A stretch of DNA of 64,000 nt from Phaeosaccion multiseriatum (taxonomy: Eukaryota; Protista; Ochrophyta, other classes). Made by a program: the position numbers and the translations under genes. Positions within the stretch are counted from its first letter, which is position 1. Every line of letters starts with the position of its first letter. Positions 23,224 through 35,800 of this stretch are shown piece after piece. The notes under the pieces were generated by a model, which worked only from the letters and a program-made list of their open reading frames with translations, was not told the DNA's origin and searched no databases. The DNA is taken from positions 2,046,001 through 2,110,000 of the forward strand of contig OZ218950.1 of assembly GCA_965112735.1 (NCBI GenBank), read 5' to 3'.

Positions 23224-25376
23224 CTATGACGTCATGCTTCTGGTGTAAATGAACAGCTCTCCGCCCTTGTCCTCCATTATTCTCATGTCTGCGAGCGGCG
23301 AGAGGCAAGCGAGAGAGCCGAGCAGAAGCGGATAAGTCTCAATTAGTACGAGAAAAAAAAAACACACTTCAGAGGAGGAGAAAAAGTTTCAAGTTCAATA
23401 TTCAGTATGGTATGGTACCTTCGTCGATGAACTTGACCATGATCTCTGCCACCGGCACGTCCCCCCGCTTGATGCGCTTTACCACATCGGCGGTGGGGAA
23501 GGCGCGGCCCTCCACAAGCTCTGCCACACCGGGTAGAGTTGGAAGTCCAGGGACCTTCTTGAACTGCGAAAGGGAGGAGGGAGGGAGGGAGGGAGGAAGG
23601 GAGGGAGGGAGGGAGGGAGGGAGGGCGATGTAATTCAGAGATGACCAAAGCAGCCTGACGCAATTGCCACCGCCACCCTGAATCACTCGCAACGGGAGAA
23701 CAGCTGAGTAGGAGGAGACTGCATCACGACAGAACAAGAATAAAGAGAGAGGAGAGGATACCACAGACAAACGTCCAGTTGCTTGTAGAGCAAGGCAAAC
23801 ACCGAATCAGGTTCTTTACGACTGTGGGTATATGACTTTGGCTGACTTACGCTGGTCTCATCGACGGTGAGCATCATGACTTCATTGTTGTCTCCCCCAA
23901 GCTTGGCGTCCGCCGTGGTGACGATGCATCCCCCAAAGGTGGGGAGCAGCTTCCAGAAGCCCACGAGAGGCACGCTTGTCAGCGGTAGGGCGATGAGGTC
24001 CACCGCGCTCTTCAGCATGCCCTTGCTGTCCCTGGCCGCTCCTTCCTCCTCCTCAGCTACGGTGGGAAAGTCCAACACCTGAGGATGAGAAACAGAGAGA
24101 AAATTGAGGGAGAAATAGAAAGAAAGAAGTCGAAGGAAACGTGCCCAAGGAATAAGACGTGAGTCCAGGGGGAGGAAGAGAAGCATTTCGGAGTGGGTGA
24201 ACAAGAGGGAAAGCGTTTCGGAGTGCGTGGCCAAGAACGCCGGGGTCAACGTCCTTATGGGGAGCTCTCTTACAGAGGCCGCGGCCCATCTGACCACTGT
24301 CCAATTTATCTCCCTCTTTCATCTTCTCACCTGGGTGACTTTGCCAATGGACGACGCTCCCCACGCCTTGGTTTGCAGCTCGTGGAGTTTGAAAAAGAGC
24401 TTTGCCTTGTCCTTCCCCTCGTCTCCGTAGCCCGCCTCGATCATCTGATCAAAGCAGGATGATCAAGGCAGGACGATCCAAGGAGGATAAGGAGGTGGAG
24501 GTGGCGGTGGTGGTGGTAGTGGAGGAGGAGGGGGTGGGCTGATGAGGCGACTGGCCAAATTGGTATCGAAGAGCGAAGACATGCAGGGGAAAAAGGGGAA
24601 GTGGTCATCCAAGGGCCCACTCGAAAGTCGTACTATGCTTCGTAGCTTGAGTGGTCTCTCCACTGCACGACTCTACCTGGTGCAGCCCCGCTCACCAAGC
24701 ACACTATAGCTGATCTACACATGTCTGACCTGGAAGAAGGGTGACGAGCGGAAGAGCTTGGTTGTGCTGAAGCACAGCTCCCACTCTCCATTGAGCATCT
24801 CGGGAGCGATGACAGTGTCTATGGGCTTCTTGAAGTGCATCATATCCACCACCTTTCGCACCTGCTGTGCCTTGTCTCTGTACGTCTTTGCGACCTACAA
24901 ATTGCATGTGAAGAACAAGGAGGGATTAGGTTGAGAGAGAAGGGGAAGAGCGGGCACTATTACACCGCTTTGTCCAATTGGTAAAACCAGCCTTGCGGGC
25001 AGGCTGTTTCTGCAGCGAGGGAAGTGCTCACCTGCTCGTTCAACAACTGGCCCCTATCTGTTTGAGCAGAGATCTGGAGGAGCTGGATTTTAAGCGCCTC
25101 TATCGAAGGCATCTCCATCTTCTCCCCCTCTTCCTCCACCTTCTCCTCCACCTTATCCACAGTCTCGCCGACAGCCGAAGTCACGGCGTCAATGGCATCG
25201 TCGGTATCGTCGGACATGGTCGAACTGAACCTCCTGCTGTTGCTTCTGGTGCTACTGCTGCCGCTAAAAACACCGATGCTTCTGCTATTGAGGGAGGGAT
25301 TGAGCGTGAAGGCCAAAGAGCTCCCCACAAACGAGGCCACGAGGAGGAGGAGCGAGGTTCGGTTAAGCGACACCAT
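23224..25376 (-). CDS. Plastid lipid-associated protein (PAP/fibrillin family), 6 exons
   Basis: Exons 25376-25032, 24894-24730, 24444-24331, 24078-23851, 23563-23419, 23288-23224. Leader ..FVGSSLA-FTLNP. Motifs LKIQLLQISAQTDRG, LNGEWELCFST, FRSSPFF and C-terminal FIDEDMRIMEDKGGELFIYTR. Confidence 0.88.
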
Positions 25377-25552
25377 GGCACAGGCTCTTTTAATTAAAAA
25401 ATGACCTAATACGTTGCTGTACTACTGAGGGAGACTTTATTTGCTGCTGAGGTGGTGGAGCGCCAAATTACGCCTCATCTGTGAGTTCGGTACCATCACC
25501 AACACACGAACCAACCTTCTCATCTTTCTTTTTCTCCACCATAGACAACGAG

Positions 25553-26488
25553 ATGGAGGAGGTCGACCTGGACGCGCCGCAAGGGATAAAAACGCTCAAG
25601 AGCGTTATTCTCGCCGGCGGACTATCGTTTTCAGACTGCGTAGAAAAGAGCGACCTGGTCGCTCGAGCGAAAGAGGCGCAGAGTGCGCTCAAAGCAGGTG
25701 CCGCGGCGAATCCACCGTCGGCACCGCCCGCAGAAGAAGCGGGTAGTCGGACTCTTGGACAGTACGAGTGCCTAGTTGCGGGGTTTGATGGGCGCAAGCT
25801 GGATGGAATAATAGTTGTCCTGCATGGGTTTGGTGCCTCCAATACCGACTTTGTACAGCTGCAGCACCTTGCAGCGTCCTCTGTGCCTGACAAGAAGTTT
25901 GCCTGGGTGTTTCCCCAGGCACCAGTGTCGGCCAACGCGCTAGGGGCCGCAGCCTGGTGGGACATTGACGTAGCCCGCTGGATGGCCTCCATGACCGGTG
26001 GCGAAGCAGGCTTGGCGCGGCTTATCCGCGACAAGCCAACCGGCCTAGACGATTGCCGCAAAAAACTGGCAGCCTTGATGGATGCAGCACGGGCGATGGC
26101 CGTCGAGTCTCACCCGGAAAACGCAGGGGCAGAGCTTGTGTTGGGTGGGTTTTCCCAGGGAGCAATGACAGCTATGGATCTGGCCCTAAACCTCCCAGAA
26201 CAGCACGTTGTCCGACATGTGATGATGTTTTCTGGCGCACCCATCGTAGTGGACGAGTGGGCGCAGGCCCTCCGAGGGAGGGGCTCACAGATGAGAGTCC
26301 TTCTCACACACGGCAAGGCAGACATGGTGCTGCCGTTTCAGGCGTCTGCTTGGGTAAATGATCTGCTCACATCAAATGGCGTCAATGTGCGCTACGAGAC
26401 GCACCAGGGGGGTCATGAGCTTGGCGGGCAGCCAATCTTCCAAGCCTTTGCCGCTTTTCTCGGCCAGATCCAACGTCCCCTTGATTGA
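25553..26488 (+). CDS. Phospholipase/carboxylesterase (acyl-protein thioesterase-like alpha/beta hydrolase) with an N-terminal SAP/ARMET-C-like module
   Basis: VVLHGFG, WVFPQAP, AWWDID, nucleophile GFSQG, HGKADMVLP and GGHEL give a complete Ser-Asp-His triad. N-terminal IKTLKSVILAGGLSFSDCVEKSDLVARA. First ATG of the ORF is at 25553. Confidence 0.88.
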   Translation: MEEVDLDAPQGIKTLKSVILAGGLSFSDCVEKSDLVARAKEAQSALKAGAAANPPSAPPAEEAGSRTLGQYECLVAGFDGRKLDGIIVVLHGFGASNTDFVQLQHLAASSVPDKKFAWVFPQAPVSANALGAAAWWDIDVARWMASMTGGEAGLARLIRDKPTGLDDCRKKLAALMDAARAMAVESHPENAGAELVLGGFSQGAMTAMDLALNLPEQHVVRHVMMFSGAPIVVDEWAQALRGRGSQMRVLLTHGKADMVLPFQASAWVNDLLTSNGVNVRYETHQGGHELGGQPIFQAFAAFLGQIQRPLD

Positions 26489-27418
26489 CTTGCTTGACGT
26501 TCGTCCGATTCGATTTGAATGGATGAATATAAAATTGTTTGATTTTTACACTCTGTGGTACAATCGCTTTGTTCTTGTGGGAAGAAAGACGGGTGGGCTC
26601 GAGTGGTTCACTAGAGCCCAATAGAAGGAGGAGCGGGAGGAAGTCGAGGACGAGGGCGAGAACAAGAGAAGGGTCTTCACGAGCCCTACTACCAGACCCA
26701 CCCTTCAAATGGTTGAGGAGGCGTTCGCTACCCAAACGACTCCCATCTAAGAGCAACCACCGTACTCGGCAAACACCGTACCCAGCGACCTTCGCCCGAG
26801 TCAAGCTGTGTGGGGAATCGCTGCACCAAAAAGGGCAGAAATATGGTCGTATGGGCTTGTACGGCAGCAACCGAGGCTGTTGGAGGTAGGGGCGTGAGGA
26901 GGAGAGCGAAGCACCAATGCACACGCGAGAGGAGGAGGCTCTCCTGGATAGAGCCGCGAGATGCCCGCCTACCCTCGACGGCTGAAAGCGGCGAGGTCTA
27001 CTCGACCTGCGTGTGGGCAGCCCTCTTATGCCTCTCAGTCCACGTCCCTCCTTCCTCATCCGAAACCTCGCTCAGTCACCTGCGTAACACACCCGTCCCC
27101 TCTCCAACACGCACCATCTTGTTCTTGGGACTTGTAAAGTGAAAGCCTATGAGAAGCCCCGTCTTGAGCAATGCATGGAGTAAGCAGAGCTTCTTCCGAC
27201 TGGCTCCAGCTACGGTGTCTGTTCTCTCCCGTGCAGCAGTGGAACGTAGCAGCCTCCTAGGGCTTCGCAATACTCCCACAGCAGCGAAGCCCAGGCTACT
27301 GGTGCTAGTTAGAACGTCTCAGAGTGGTGAACAAGGAAGAAGCAAAGGGGGCAGCACCGTTCGCCGTCACTTCACGTCGGCCCTACCCAACGTCACTAAA
27401 CGCCAGCCTTTATCGACA

Positions 27419-28857
27419 TCACTTGATGCCAGCCTGGGCCAGCAACTGGTACGTCTTCTCGGAGTGCTCCAGCTCGAGCGTCTTGCCAGTAAGAGCCCGA
27501 TAGGCGTCGATGCAGTTGAAGCCATCCTGCTTGTCTGGGCCGCCCATCATCATCATGAGGGCTCCCAGCTTTTTGTAGGCCTTTACGTCGTTCTCCTCCC
27601 GCTCCAGACGGATGCCTGGCCCCCGACCCAGCGCAACTTTGTACACACTCTTGGCCTCCTGTGGGATGGAGGGGGATGGGGTCGACAAGTTTAGTTTCAG
27701 TTTCGGGTTATCGAGAGCCCAATCGGTGCGCCATCGAGTGCCATATCTTGGAAACGACCAGCGCCACCCCACCCTGCCCGCCAACGAACAAACCAAATCA
27801 ATGGGCTCAAAGGGCATCTCCATAACGCTCTTTCTCCGTATGCGCAACTCCCCGCTTTGTAGAGCAGGTTACGTGACGACAATGCACCAAGTCTACTCTC
27901 ATCCTCCATTGTAGAGGGCCACATCCACGAGCCCTGCCCCCCCTACTCTGGTACCTCTTACCTTGCTGTTTCCCTTCACGTCCAGGCATTGGGCGAGGTT
28001 CCTCAGTAATCGGGGATTGGTGGGGTCGAGGTGTACCGCCCTGGTAGCAGCAAGGAGAGCATAGAAGGACAGACAGGTCGAAGCAAGGCCGGACAAACCG
28101 AGGGGAAGCGGCGTAAGAGATCGCCCCCTTCCGTAGGGAGCGAGATGCAAGCGAAGCTGGAGCCAGCAGTGTCAAAAGAGCATGAGGTATGGTATGTCTA
28201 GACACCGTGCAGAAAGGCAAGCACTCTTCCGTCACGCACCTCCGGGCGTGGTACAAGGCCAGGTCATCCTCTCCTTTGCTGAAGTAGACCACCGACACAT
28301 TCGAGTGCGCGGCCGTAAAGTCGGGGCGCTCCCTGAGAACGTAGAGCAGAGCCGCCAATGCGCCTTCCCACTTGCCTAAACGATACAACAGGACTGTGAT
28401 GGGCAAGGAAGGGGGTGGGACGGGTGAGGAGGGCATGGCGTGAAGTGTGGGAGAGAGATGGAGCATCGGTCGGTTTAATGAGCTGCAACATATTGAGTGG
28501 TGTCATGATGTCGCCGTACCGTAGAGCAGTGCAGGCCAGAGAGTGGGGAAGAGAGGGAGGGCAGCAGCAGATAGTAAACAACGACACACCTGCCAAGTCG
28601 TTACGAGACTTGTTGTCGCCTGGGTTGAGCGTGATGGCCTGTCGGTAGTGATGCGCGGCCCTCCGAAGCTTCCCCTGACTCACAAAGAGAGGCGCAATGT
28701 TTTGGTGATACCGAAAGTTCTCAGGCGATTCGACCAGCTTCTCCTCGAAGTAGACAATCGCCTCTTGGATGGAGAGCTCCCGGGGATGCTGGATGTAGGG
28801 TACACTCCACTCTGCTCCACAGGACCTATCCAGAGGAGAAATCACGCGGTGATTCAT
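27419..28857 (-). CDS. Tetratricopeptide-repeat (TPR) protein, at least 4 exons
   Basis: Exons 28857-28590, 28393-28240, 28040-27962, 27658-27419 are in frame. Repeats such as AAHHYRQAITLNPGDNKSRNDLA and ALYHARRAVHLDPTNPRLLRNLA. The start may instead be 29066, via a 44-nt intron 28869-28826. Confidence 0.78.
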
Positions 28858-29122
28858 CGCTTTGTGCACCAGTTCTCGCTCCTCCTTGTTCTTCTTTCGA
28901 GCTTGTTGATTCTATTGTGCCGAGCTTGCTTGGCTGTGCCGAGCAATTTGGAATACTCAGACTCAAATGGCGACGGCGTCAATCCCTCCCTCCCCCCCGC
29001 CTCCTCCCTCTTTCTCTCCCATTCATCAGTTAACCCACTATTCCTGATCTGACCAGTGGACCCCATCAAACGAACCCGGGTACTGGCTCAGGCAGGAGCT
29101 ACGACGTCGGAGCAGGGCATAC

Positions 29123-30602
29123 ATGCGTAGAGCTGCCCACGGAGCTGCTGCTGCCAAGTGGAGGGGCTTGCTCTTTTTTTGCACGTTGCACACTTGCGCG
29201 AGCAGCAGCAGCAGCTTCTGGGCATATAGAGCAGCCACACCTTGCAGAGCTCCTTCTTGGCCGAGTAGAAGGGGCCGCAATGACATCAGCGGCACCAGCA
29301 GGGGGCTCGAGGAGAGTAAGCTTCTGAGGCATTTGAAGAGAATACGTGGAGGGGGGGCATGGGAGACCGGATTTGATCCCTACGCATCCCACTTTTCTCG
29401 CCGGACGCCGACTCGGAAGCAAGAAAGGGCAGAGGCCAAGGTGATAGAGCTGCGGAGAAAGCAAGCAGCCGCGCAGAAGACGTTTGCGACAGTGGGGGAG
29501 AGGAACGTTCTCGTGCTCGTCCCTGCGGCTCCGCAATCCTCCCCCGGATCTGCGGCGAGTGATACCTCAGCGAACGAGGAGGAGGAAGAGAATGAGAGTA
29601 TGCAAGAAGGGAAGCTACTTAGACAGGCCGGCCCAGATGGAAATGCTGTGGAAAGGGAGGACAGGGGGGACAGGGGCGGAGGGGATGAGGGTGGTGAGGA
29701 CCAGAGCGACGACAGTGGTACCGAGGAGGAGGAGGATGGACAAGAAGAGGACGAGGCGCTGGACTTTGAGGCGTGGAGACGGAGGTACAAGAGCAGCGGC
29801 GGTCTCCAAAATCAGGAGGTGAAGTTCGAGACCAAAGCTGCGCGAGATTTAAGGCTGGAAATGCAAAAGAAGGTGAGTACGGAGCGAGGCACGACTATGA
29901 AACAAAGCAAAAGGTGGGCAAAGGGCTGATGCTTTTGGGCTCTCTTCCGTGCGTCGTTCCCTTTTAATTGATCTGCTCAACTCTGTCTGTGTGCCTGTAC
30001 TCGGGCCTCAGGTGTACGAGTGGGTGGTCGTTCGCGTGCGCCTCCCCAACGGCATTCACCTGCAGGGCCGCTTTCACTTGGACGATAGCGTCGATGACAT
30101 CCACGCCATGGTGCTGCACTGCCTCCATGCCGACAGGAAAGAGGAGGAGGAAGGAGGAGGGGGAGGAGGAAGCGGTGCAGAGGAAGAAAGAGGGGGAGGA
30201 GGAGGAGGAGGAGGAGGAGGAGAAGGAGGAGGAGGAGGAGGAGGAGGAGGAGGAGAAGGAGGGCAACAAGCCTTCGAGCTGATGTCCCCGCCTCGGAGGA
30301 AACTATCTGACTTCAGGGGAAAGACCCTTTCGGAAGTTGGCATGCGGCCTCCGGCAACTTTGCTCCACTTGCACGTTACAGAGGAACCGGTATCGCCGAG
30401 GAAGACAGAGGAGGGGGTGGGGGGGGGAGGGAAGGACCGGCGCCTGGTGCAGCAGCGGCAGCGAGAAGCAGCCTTCGTGTCCAAGCTGCGCACGGATCTG
30501 TTGGAGGGCGCAGTGCCTTATGCTCGGCGAGTGGACTTTCCGCAGGAGGTGGACTGGCAATCCTTGGACGCATGGCCCCAACAATCAGACGACCATGAAT
30601 AA
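29123..30602 (+). CDS. UBX-domain protein (Cdc48/p97 cofactor, PUX1/UBXD1-like) with an N-terminal leader, 2 exons
   Basis: Exons 29123-29872 and 30012-30602. FETKAARDL..VYEWVVVRVRLPNGIHLQGRF..FELMSPPRRKL..TLSEVGMRPPATLL is a UBX fold; FDPY motif lies upstream. Confidence 0.78.
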
Positions 30603-31151
30603 TAATATGACATGGACAGCGATGCCTTGATCGAAGTTAGGGTAATGCAATGTGCCTGTACATATAAAACAGACAAGACAGAGGACAGAAAGAAAAGAAA
30701 CCTCATAGACAGTAGACTGTGTATGCCGTTACATCGTAACGCATCATCTCCCGACCCCCCCCCCTGTCCACGACATGCGACATCGAACGGAGGCCGTCAT
30801 GCCTGTCACAGACAGGGAAAGGCGTCGCTCTGACTTGGAAAGTTGGCAAGGTGTACATTTTAAAATACGTCGAGGGAGCAAGGGGGAGAACGCTTGGTTT
30901 CAACCCCCCCCCCCCTGCATACCTGCCTTTATCCTTTGCCCTTCCCCTGTCCCTTCCACCGTCATCGAACAAACACCGCTCTCATTGCAACGTCTGTCTC
31001 CCATCACTCTTGATGCTCCGGTCAGACACAAGAGACCAACTGATGCCGCTGCTGCTGCAACTGCTGCTGCAACGTGTCAAGGGTCTCAACTCTCCCTCCA
31101 CCCCATCCTCCCAAGACACAGCGGGTCCCTCGCTCATTCCGCAAATTCTCC

Positions 31152-31684
31152 TTACGAGTACTGCAGAAGCGAAGGTTCGACAGGTTGCGTGGGGTGGGGA
31201 GAGAGAGAGGGTGGGTGGAGGGGTGGGGTTAGAGAGCAACAACACAGCCCGAAACGCACAGGATCGGGAGTTTGAAGAGAATTTTCTACCCACTCGAGAT
31301 GCGCCTTACGCCCGGGATCTCCACACAAAGCAGACCGGTGCGCAGCATGGAGCGAAAACGAAGCTCAAAAAGGAGGACAGAAAGGGATGGTGAGGTCTCT
31401 AATGAAACGCACTCTGCTACAGCGCAGGCACTACCCTCCCAGGCACATGCTCTCGGCTGCTGCTACCAACACCCCCTCCCGTGGACAAGCGATAAATCAA
31501 TTCGTTCTGTCCGGTGTCTAACCTTGTAGAATCCGATTTCGTTGGCGTGGTTCCTAAAGCATTGCCTGCACAAGTTGATGCCGTACTTGCGCACTATACC
31601 GCTCTGGTTTCCGCAGGCGCGGCACCTTCGCCCTCCCTTACCCTTGTCCTTGGGGTGCGAGTTTTGCAGCTCCTTGGTAGGCAT
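31152..31684 (-). CDS. RPS29: 40S ribosomal protein S29 (uS14), 56 aa, 2 exons
   Basis: Exon 31684-31523 [54 protein letters not shown]; intron GTTAGA..CTCTAAC..TGCAG; terminal micro-exon 31160-31152 (YS-stop). Confidence 0.95.
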
Positions 31685-32801
31685 GGTTCTGATGAGTGGG
31701 AGGGAGAAGAGGATTCGGAGGAAGAGGTCAGTAGTTGTCGGCGCCGGGGAGGGAGCAGGACGCTTCTCTCCATTGAGAAGCGTCATAAATAAAGGGAGTG
31801 GTGCCCTCTTCGTCACTGTCGGGTCTCCCTCCTTCCTCTCGAAGAATTACGCCTTCCATCCACACAGCTCTTTCTGCCAGCTTCAGCTGGTGCGTTAGCC
31901 CGCTCCCTCTGGACACTGGGAACGCCCTTCAGCTCTGCTCTCTGCCACCAAGAGCCCTCGTTGTTAACTGCTGCCGCTGTCTGTTGCCCCCCCCCTCCCC
32001 TCGATATCAGCTCCCAATACACCCTCTTCTGAGTATGAGCGGGCTAGTCTTCACATCCTTCACAATGCTAGCAGAGTACACCACACTGAGGAGACGATCC
32101 CACGGCCAGGCGCAAGTATAGGTACTCCCATTGGGAGGACAAGGTGCTGGTGATGGGGTAGCTTGTCACTCTGGCACTTCACAAGCAAAGTCCTCACGTC
32201 TTGTCCACCTCAACAACCTGTACCAGCTCCAGTGGCTAGTGCTTGTGCCGCCTCACGCTTCCTCTTTCTCCGTTCATCCTCGTCCCTTCCGCTCACGCCG
32301 AGCTCTCTCCTCCGCCCCTCCCCATCCTCGTCCTCAATGGTTTTGCGATGAAATCGCAACCCAACAGCGGCAGCCACCAACTCGCCACCACATCCCTCTC
32401 TCCGTCCTCCCGAAGCACCTGCACGTACACTTACCCTCGTGTCTGGTGGAAGGGCAACTCCTACGACTATTGAAAGCAGCGACGGCCCCAAAATCGCAAG
32501 ACGCACCCCCCTGGGAGGCCTCGACTTTTTTTAGAGATGTGAAAGCCAGAACTGAAACGGAAACTGAAATGTGGCGGGAGGGAGGGCAAGGCTTGAGGAG
32601 TGGGAGCGGGTGGAGAAGTAGGGACCGTATCAGAGGGAGAGAGAAGGGGGGGAGCTTGTTTTCCTCTGAGGTCGCTGCAACGACCAATGAGTGTAGACAC
32701 GGGCCGTGCGGAAATTCAAACCAAAGGCACGTCGCCACGGCTTTCTGTGAATGGACGCTTGGTGGATGGCGCAGCACGTAGCGCAGGGCGGAGGGACGAC
32801 G

Positions 32802-35800
32802 ATGCAGGCAGCCATAGCCTCTCTCCTGAGCCCGACGGCTACCGCGTCCACTCGCAATGGGGCTTACCGGAACCTCATGGGGTTGCTCAACAGCGCCCCT
32901 CTTGAAGACCTCCAGCGGTTGCTGGGGATCGGCAAAGAGGGAGGAGAGGTTGACAAGGCGCGGAGAATGTTCGAGGTCGTACTTACAGGTGGGGTCGTGC
33001 TGCAGTCGGGTGACATGCTGCTTGTCTTGGGGGCTTGGTCGGAGGCAGAGGCTTAGGCGGGCGCGCCAAAGGAGAGAGTGTTGGAAGGAGTCTCCTCCAT
33101 ATTTGACTCGACTCTGACCTCTCTCCTTTTCTTTGCATGGCTGCTTATGCAACCCTCAGACTGCAGCTCTGATTCGACGGCACCGGAGCAGCTGGTGATG
33201 CCCCTGCAGTGGCTTGCCTACCTCTGCCAGGGCTTGCCAGGCCGGTACACACTGGCCCAGGAGACGATACATGACGCGTGCTATCGGCTGGCCAAGTTCG
33301 TGAGGATGTGTCCCCAGAGGATCGACAAAAGTAGAACCACTACATCAACCGCCACTACCAGCGATGAGCCTTCTGCCCCGGCTGCCCCTGTCCCTCCCCC
33401 TGCCCCTGCTGCTGCTGCTGCTGCTGCTGGCGGAGATGGCCGGAAAGCTTTCGCCACAGTGGCGTTGCTATGCATTGGAAACATGACATTCCCACCCGAA
33501 GACATTCAGAACTGCGTGCCGGACCTCGCTGACGCTCTCACCACCGCGACTCAGTCCTCCAGCGCGACCATTCGAAAAGCGGTACGGAAAGAGTGTGCGT
33601 GTATTACACGGGGAATCACTGGGGCACTACTTGTGTTTGTAAGGCGATAGGCGAGGGTTGGGGTCGAGGCGTGTGAGTGTAAGGCGACGGGTGAGGGTGA
33701 GAAGCAAGAGGCCTTAGGAACGAGGCAGACTATAGTTATGGTTGTGAGGAACTCTGACTGACTCTCGTGTGGAGGTGGGCATCAACAGACTCAGTTTCAG
33801 TCTTCAGCTTATCCCTTTAACAGACTCCTACCCACCCCATCCTCCCTCACCCGGGGCTCATATCTATTGCTCCCGCAGGCGATCGACTCCATCGCTTCTC
33901 TCGTTGGCAAGGCTCCTCGCCAGATGCTGTTAGCCGCCTCCGTCCACCGCAGCAGCAGCACTGACCACGGCACTGGCACTGCAAACGACAGAGTGCCTCT
34001 GACGTGGGCGGAGGCACTGCTGGACTTGTGCTTCGATGAAGCCTTTCATGTGCGCGAGGCTGCCCTCTCCTCTCTGAGGGAGAACGGCGGCATCTTGGAG
34101 CGGTTGGCGAGCCTTTCGCCCATCCAGGAAAGGGTCATGGCGCGGGTGAAGGCGGGGTTGGTGCTGCTCCACTTGCACGAACTGTTCTTTGGCAGGGCGT
34201 TCAGTGCGGAGGACCAGGCGACAGTGTTTAGCATGGGGAAGGTGTCGAGTGAGAAGGAGGGGCGCAAGCAATACATAGTCCTGATGAAACGCCTGGCGAG
34301 TAAGCAACATCAAGACAAGACGAGGAACACCGCGAGAGAGGCGCAAGCAATGCGCGTGTGTGGTGTGTTTATGGCTCTTTTGCCGCCGTCCACAGCGCTG
34401 AGTCAAAGGCTGGGCAATAGGGTTTCGGTGGAGGCGCTGCGGGCCTTTCTCATACAGTTCGGCTACCCTCCTCGCAACAAGGCAGACGTGCGTATCGCAG
34501 CCGCAGAGGCGTGGGAGCTATTCGTGAGGTTCGTTGCGGTCAAATTGAGAGGCGATCACGCAAAGTACCTGCGCCCGGCCCTACTCGGGCTTCCGCTGAA
34601 CTATCTCGCTGAGCAAGACGCGGGAAAGGACGCGGCCGTGCGACGCGCACTCGAGCTTCACATGAGTCACGTGGTCCGCGCCTTTGCTGAGGAAGATGAG
34701 CTGCGGCGGCGGCGACAGGCGGAGGGGGCGGGGGCGGGGCGGCGTAGTATGTCTTCTGTGAAGGAAGGAACGTCGAGCACGAGCACGAGTATGACCAACG
34801 GCAGCAACAGTGGTGCTGCTACGGCGGTAGCGCAGCAGGGGGAATTTCACAAGCTTTGGTGCCATCGTGACGGTCTGGCGAGGACTCTGCTCTTCGTCCT
34901 CTTGGCTTGCCAATACTTCGCAGATGTGAGACACTTCGCGGCGGATATGGTGGCAGAGCTCATCGTACCGCCTTCCGTCCCTGCCCGTGTCTCTGAAGAA
35001 GTGAGGCAGCAGCAGCAGCAGCAGCGGCACGGTCCAAGTATATCGCTGAGAGCAGCAGGGGTACCCTGGGACGATGTGACAGGGAGGATTTGTGCCGCGC
35101 TACCTGTCATCTGTGCCGCAGTCACTGCCCCCTCTCCCTCGGCGGCAGCGTTGGCGGCCGAGGGCCTCCTTGTGCGTCAAGAGGGCATGCGCTCCTCGGG
35201 CTCCTGCTGGGTGCAGGCTGTATGTGGGTTGGTTGTTTGGCTGGTAATGGACGTCGTCGACAAGTGTCCGTCTGCCTCGGCCTCGGCGCTGCTGTCTTGT
35301 TTGTTCCTGCGCTTGGGGGGTGTCGAGCGCCCGCTGCCGGATGAGGCCAACGGATGGGGCAATGATAAGAACAAAGGCAAGAGCAAGGAGCAGGGAACGG
35401 GGAAGGAGAAGGAGAAGGGGAAGGGGAAGGGTGGTGCCAAAGACTCAGGAGAGGCGCCGAGACCGTCTCCGACCCAGTCCATGGCTTGGCAGAGGGCTCT
35501 AGTGACGGGTCTTCTTCGATTGGGAAGAGTACATACCCTCGTGAGGAGAGTGTTGTTCAGTGCGGAGGAGGGGACTGGGGAGGAAGAGACGGCGGCACAG
35601 AGCGGCGCTAGAGCAGAAGATGAGCCCCCCCAGTCCTTGAGAATGGTGCGAGTGAGCAGGGCGGAGGTGTGGCAAGTCTGTCGCAGGGCATGTAGCGGTT
35701 GGAGCAAGCACGTGTCATCAGGGGACAGAGTGACGGCATCATGCGACGAAGACGAAGATGATATGACGAAGGGCTTTGCGTCTTTTCTTGTGGGGACGGG

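Noticed and set aside
31161-31522. Intronic snoRNA in RPS29
   Set aside because: No RTGATGA/CTGA box pair and no convincing H/ACA double hairpin by eye; a covariance-model search would be needed.
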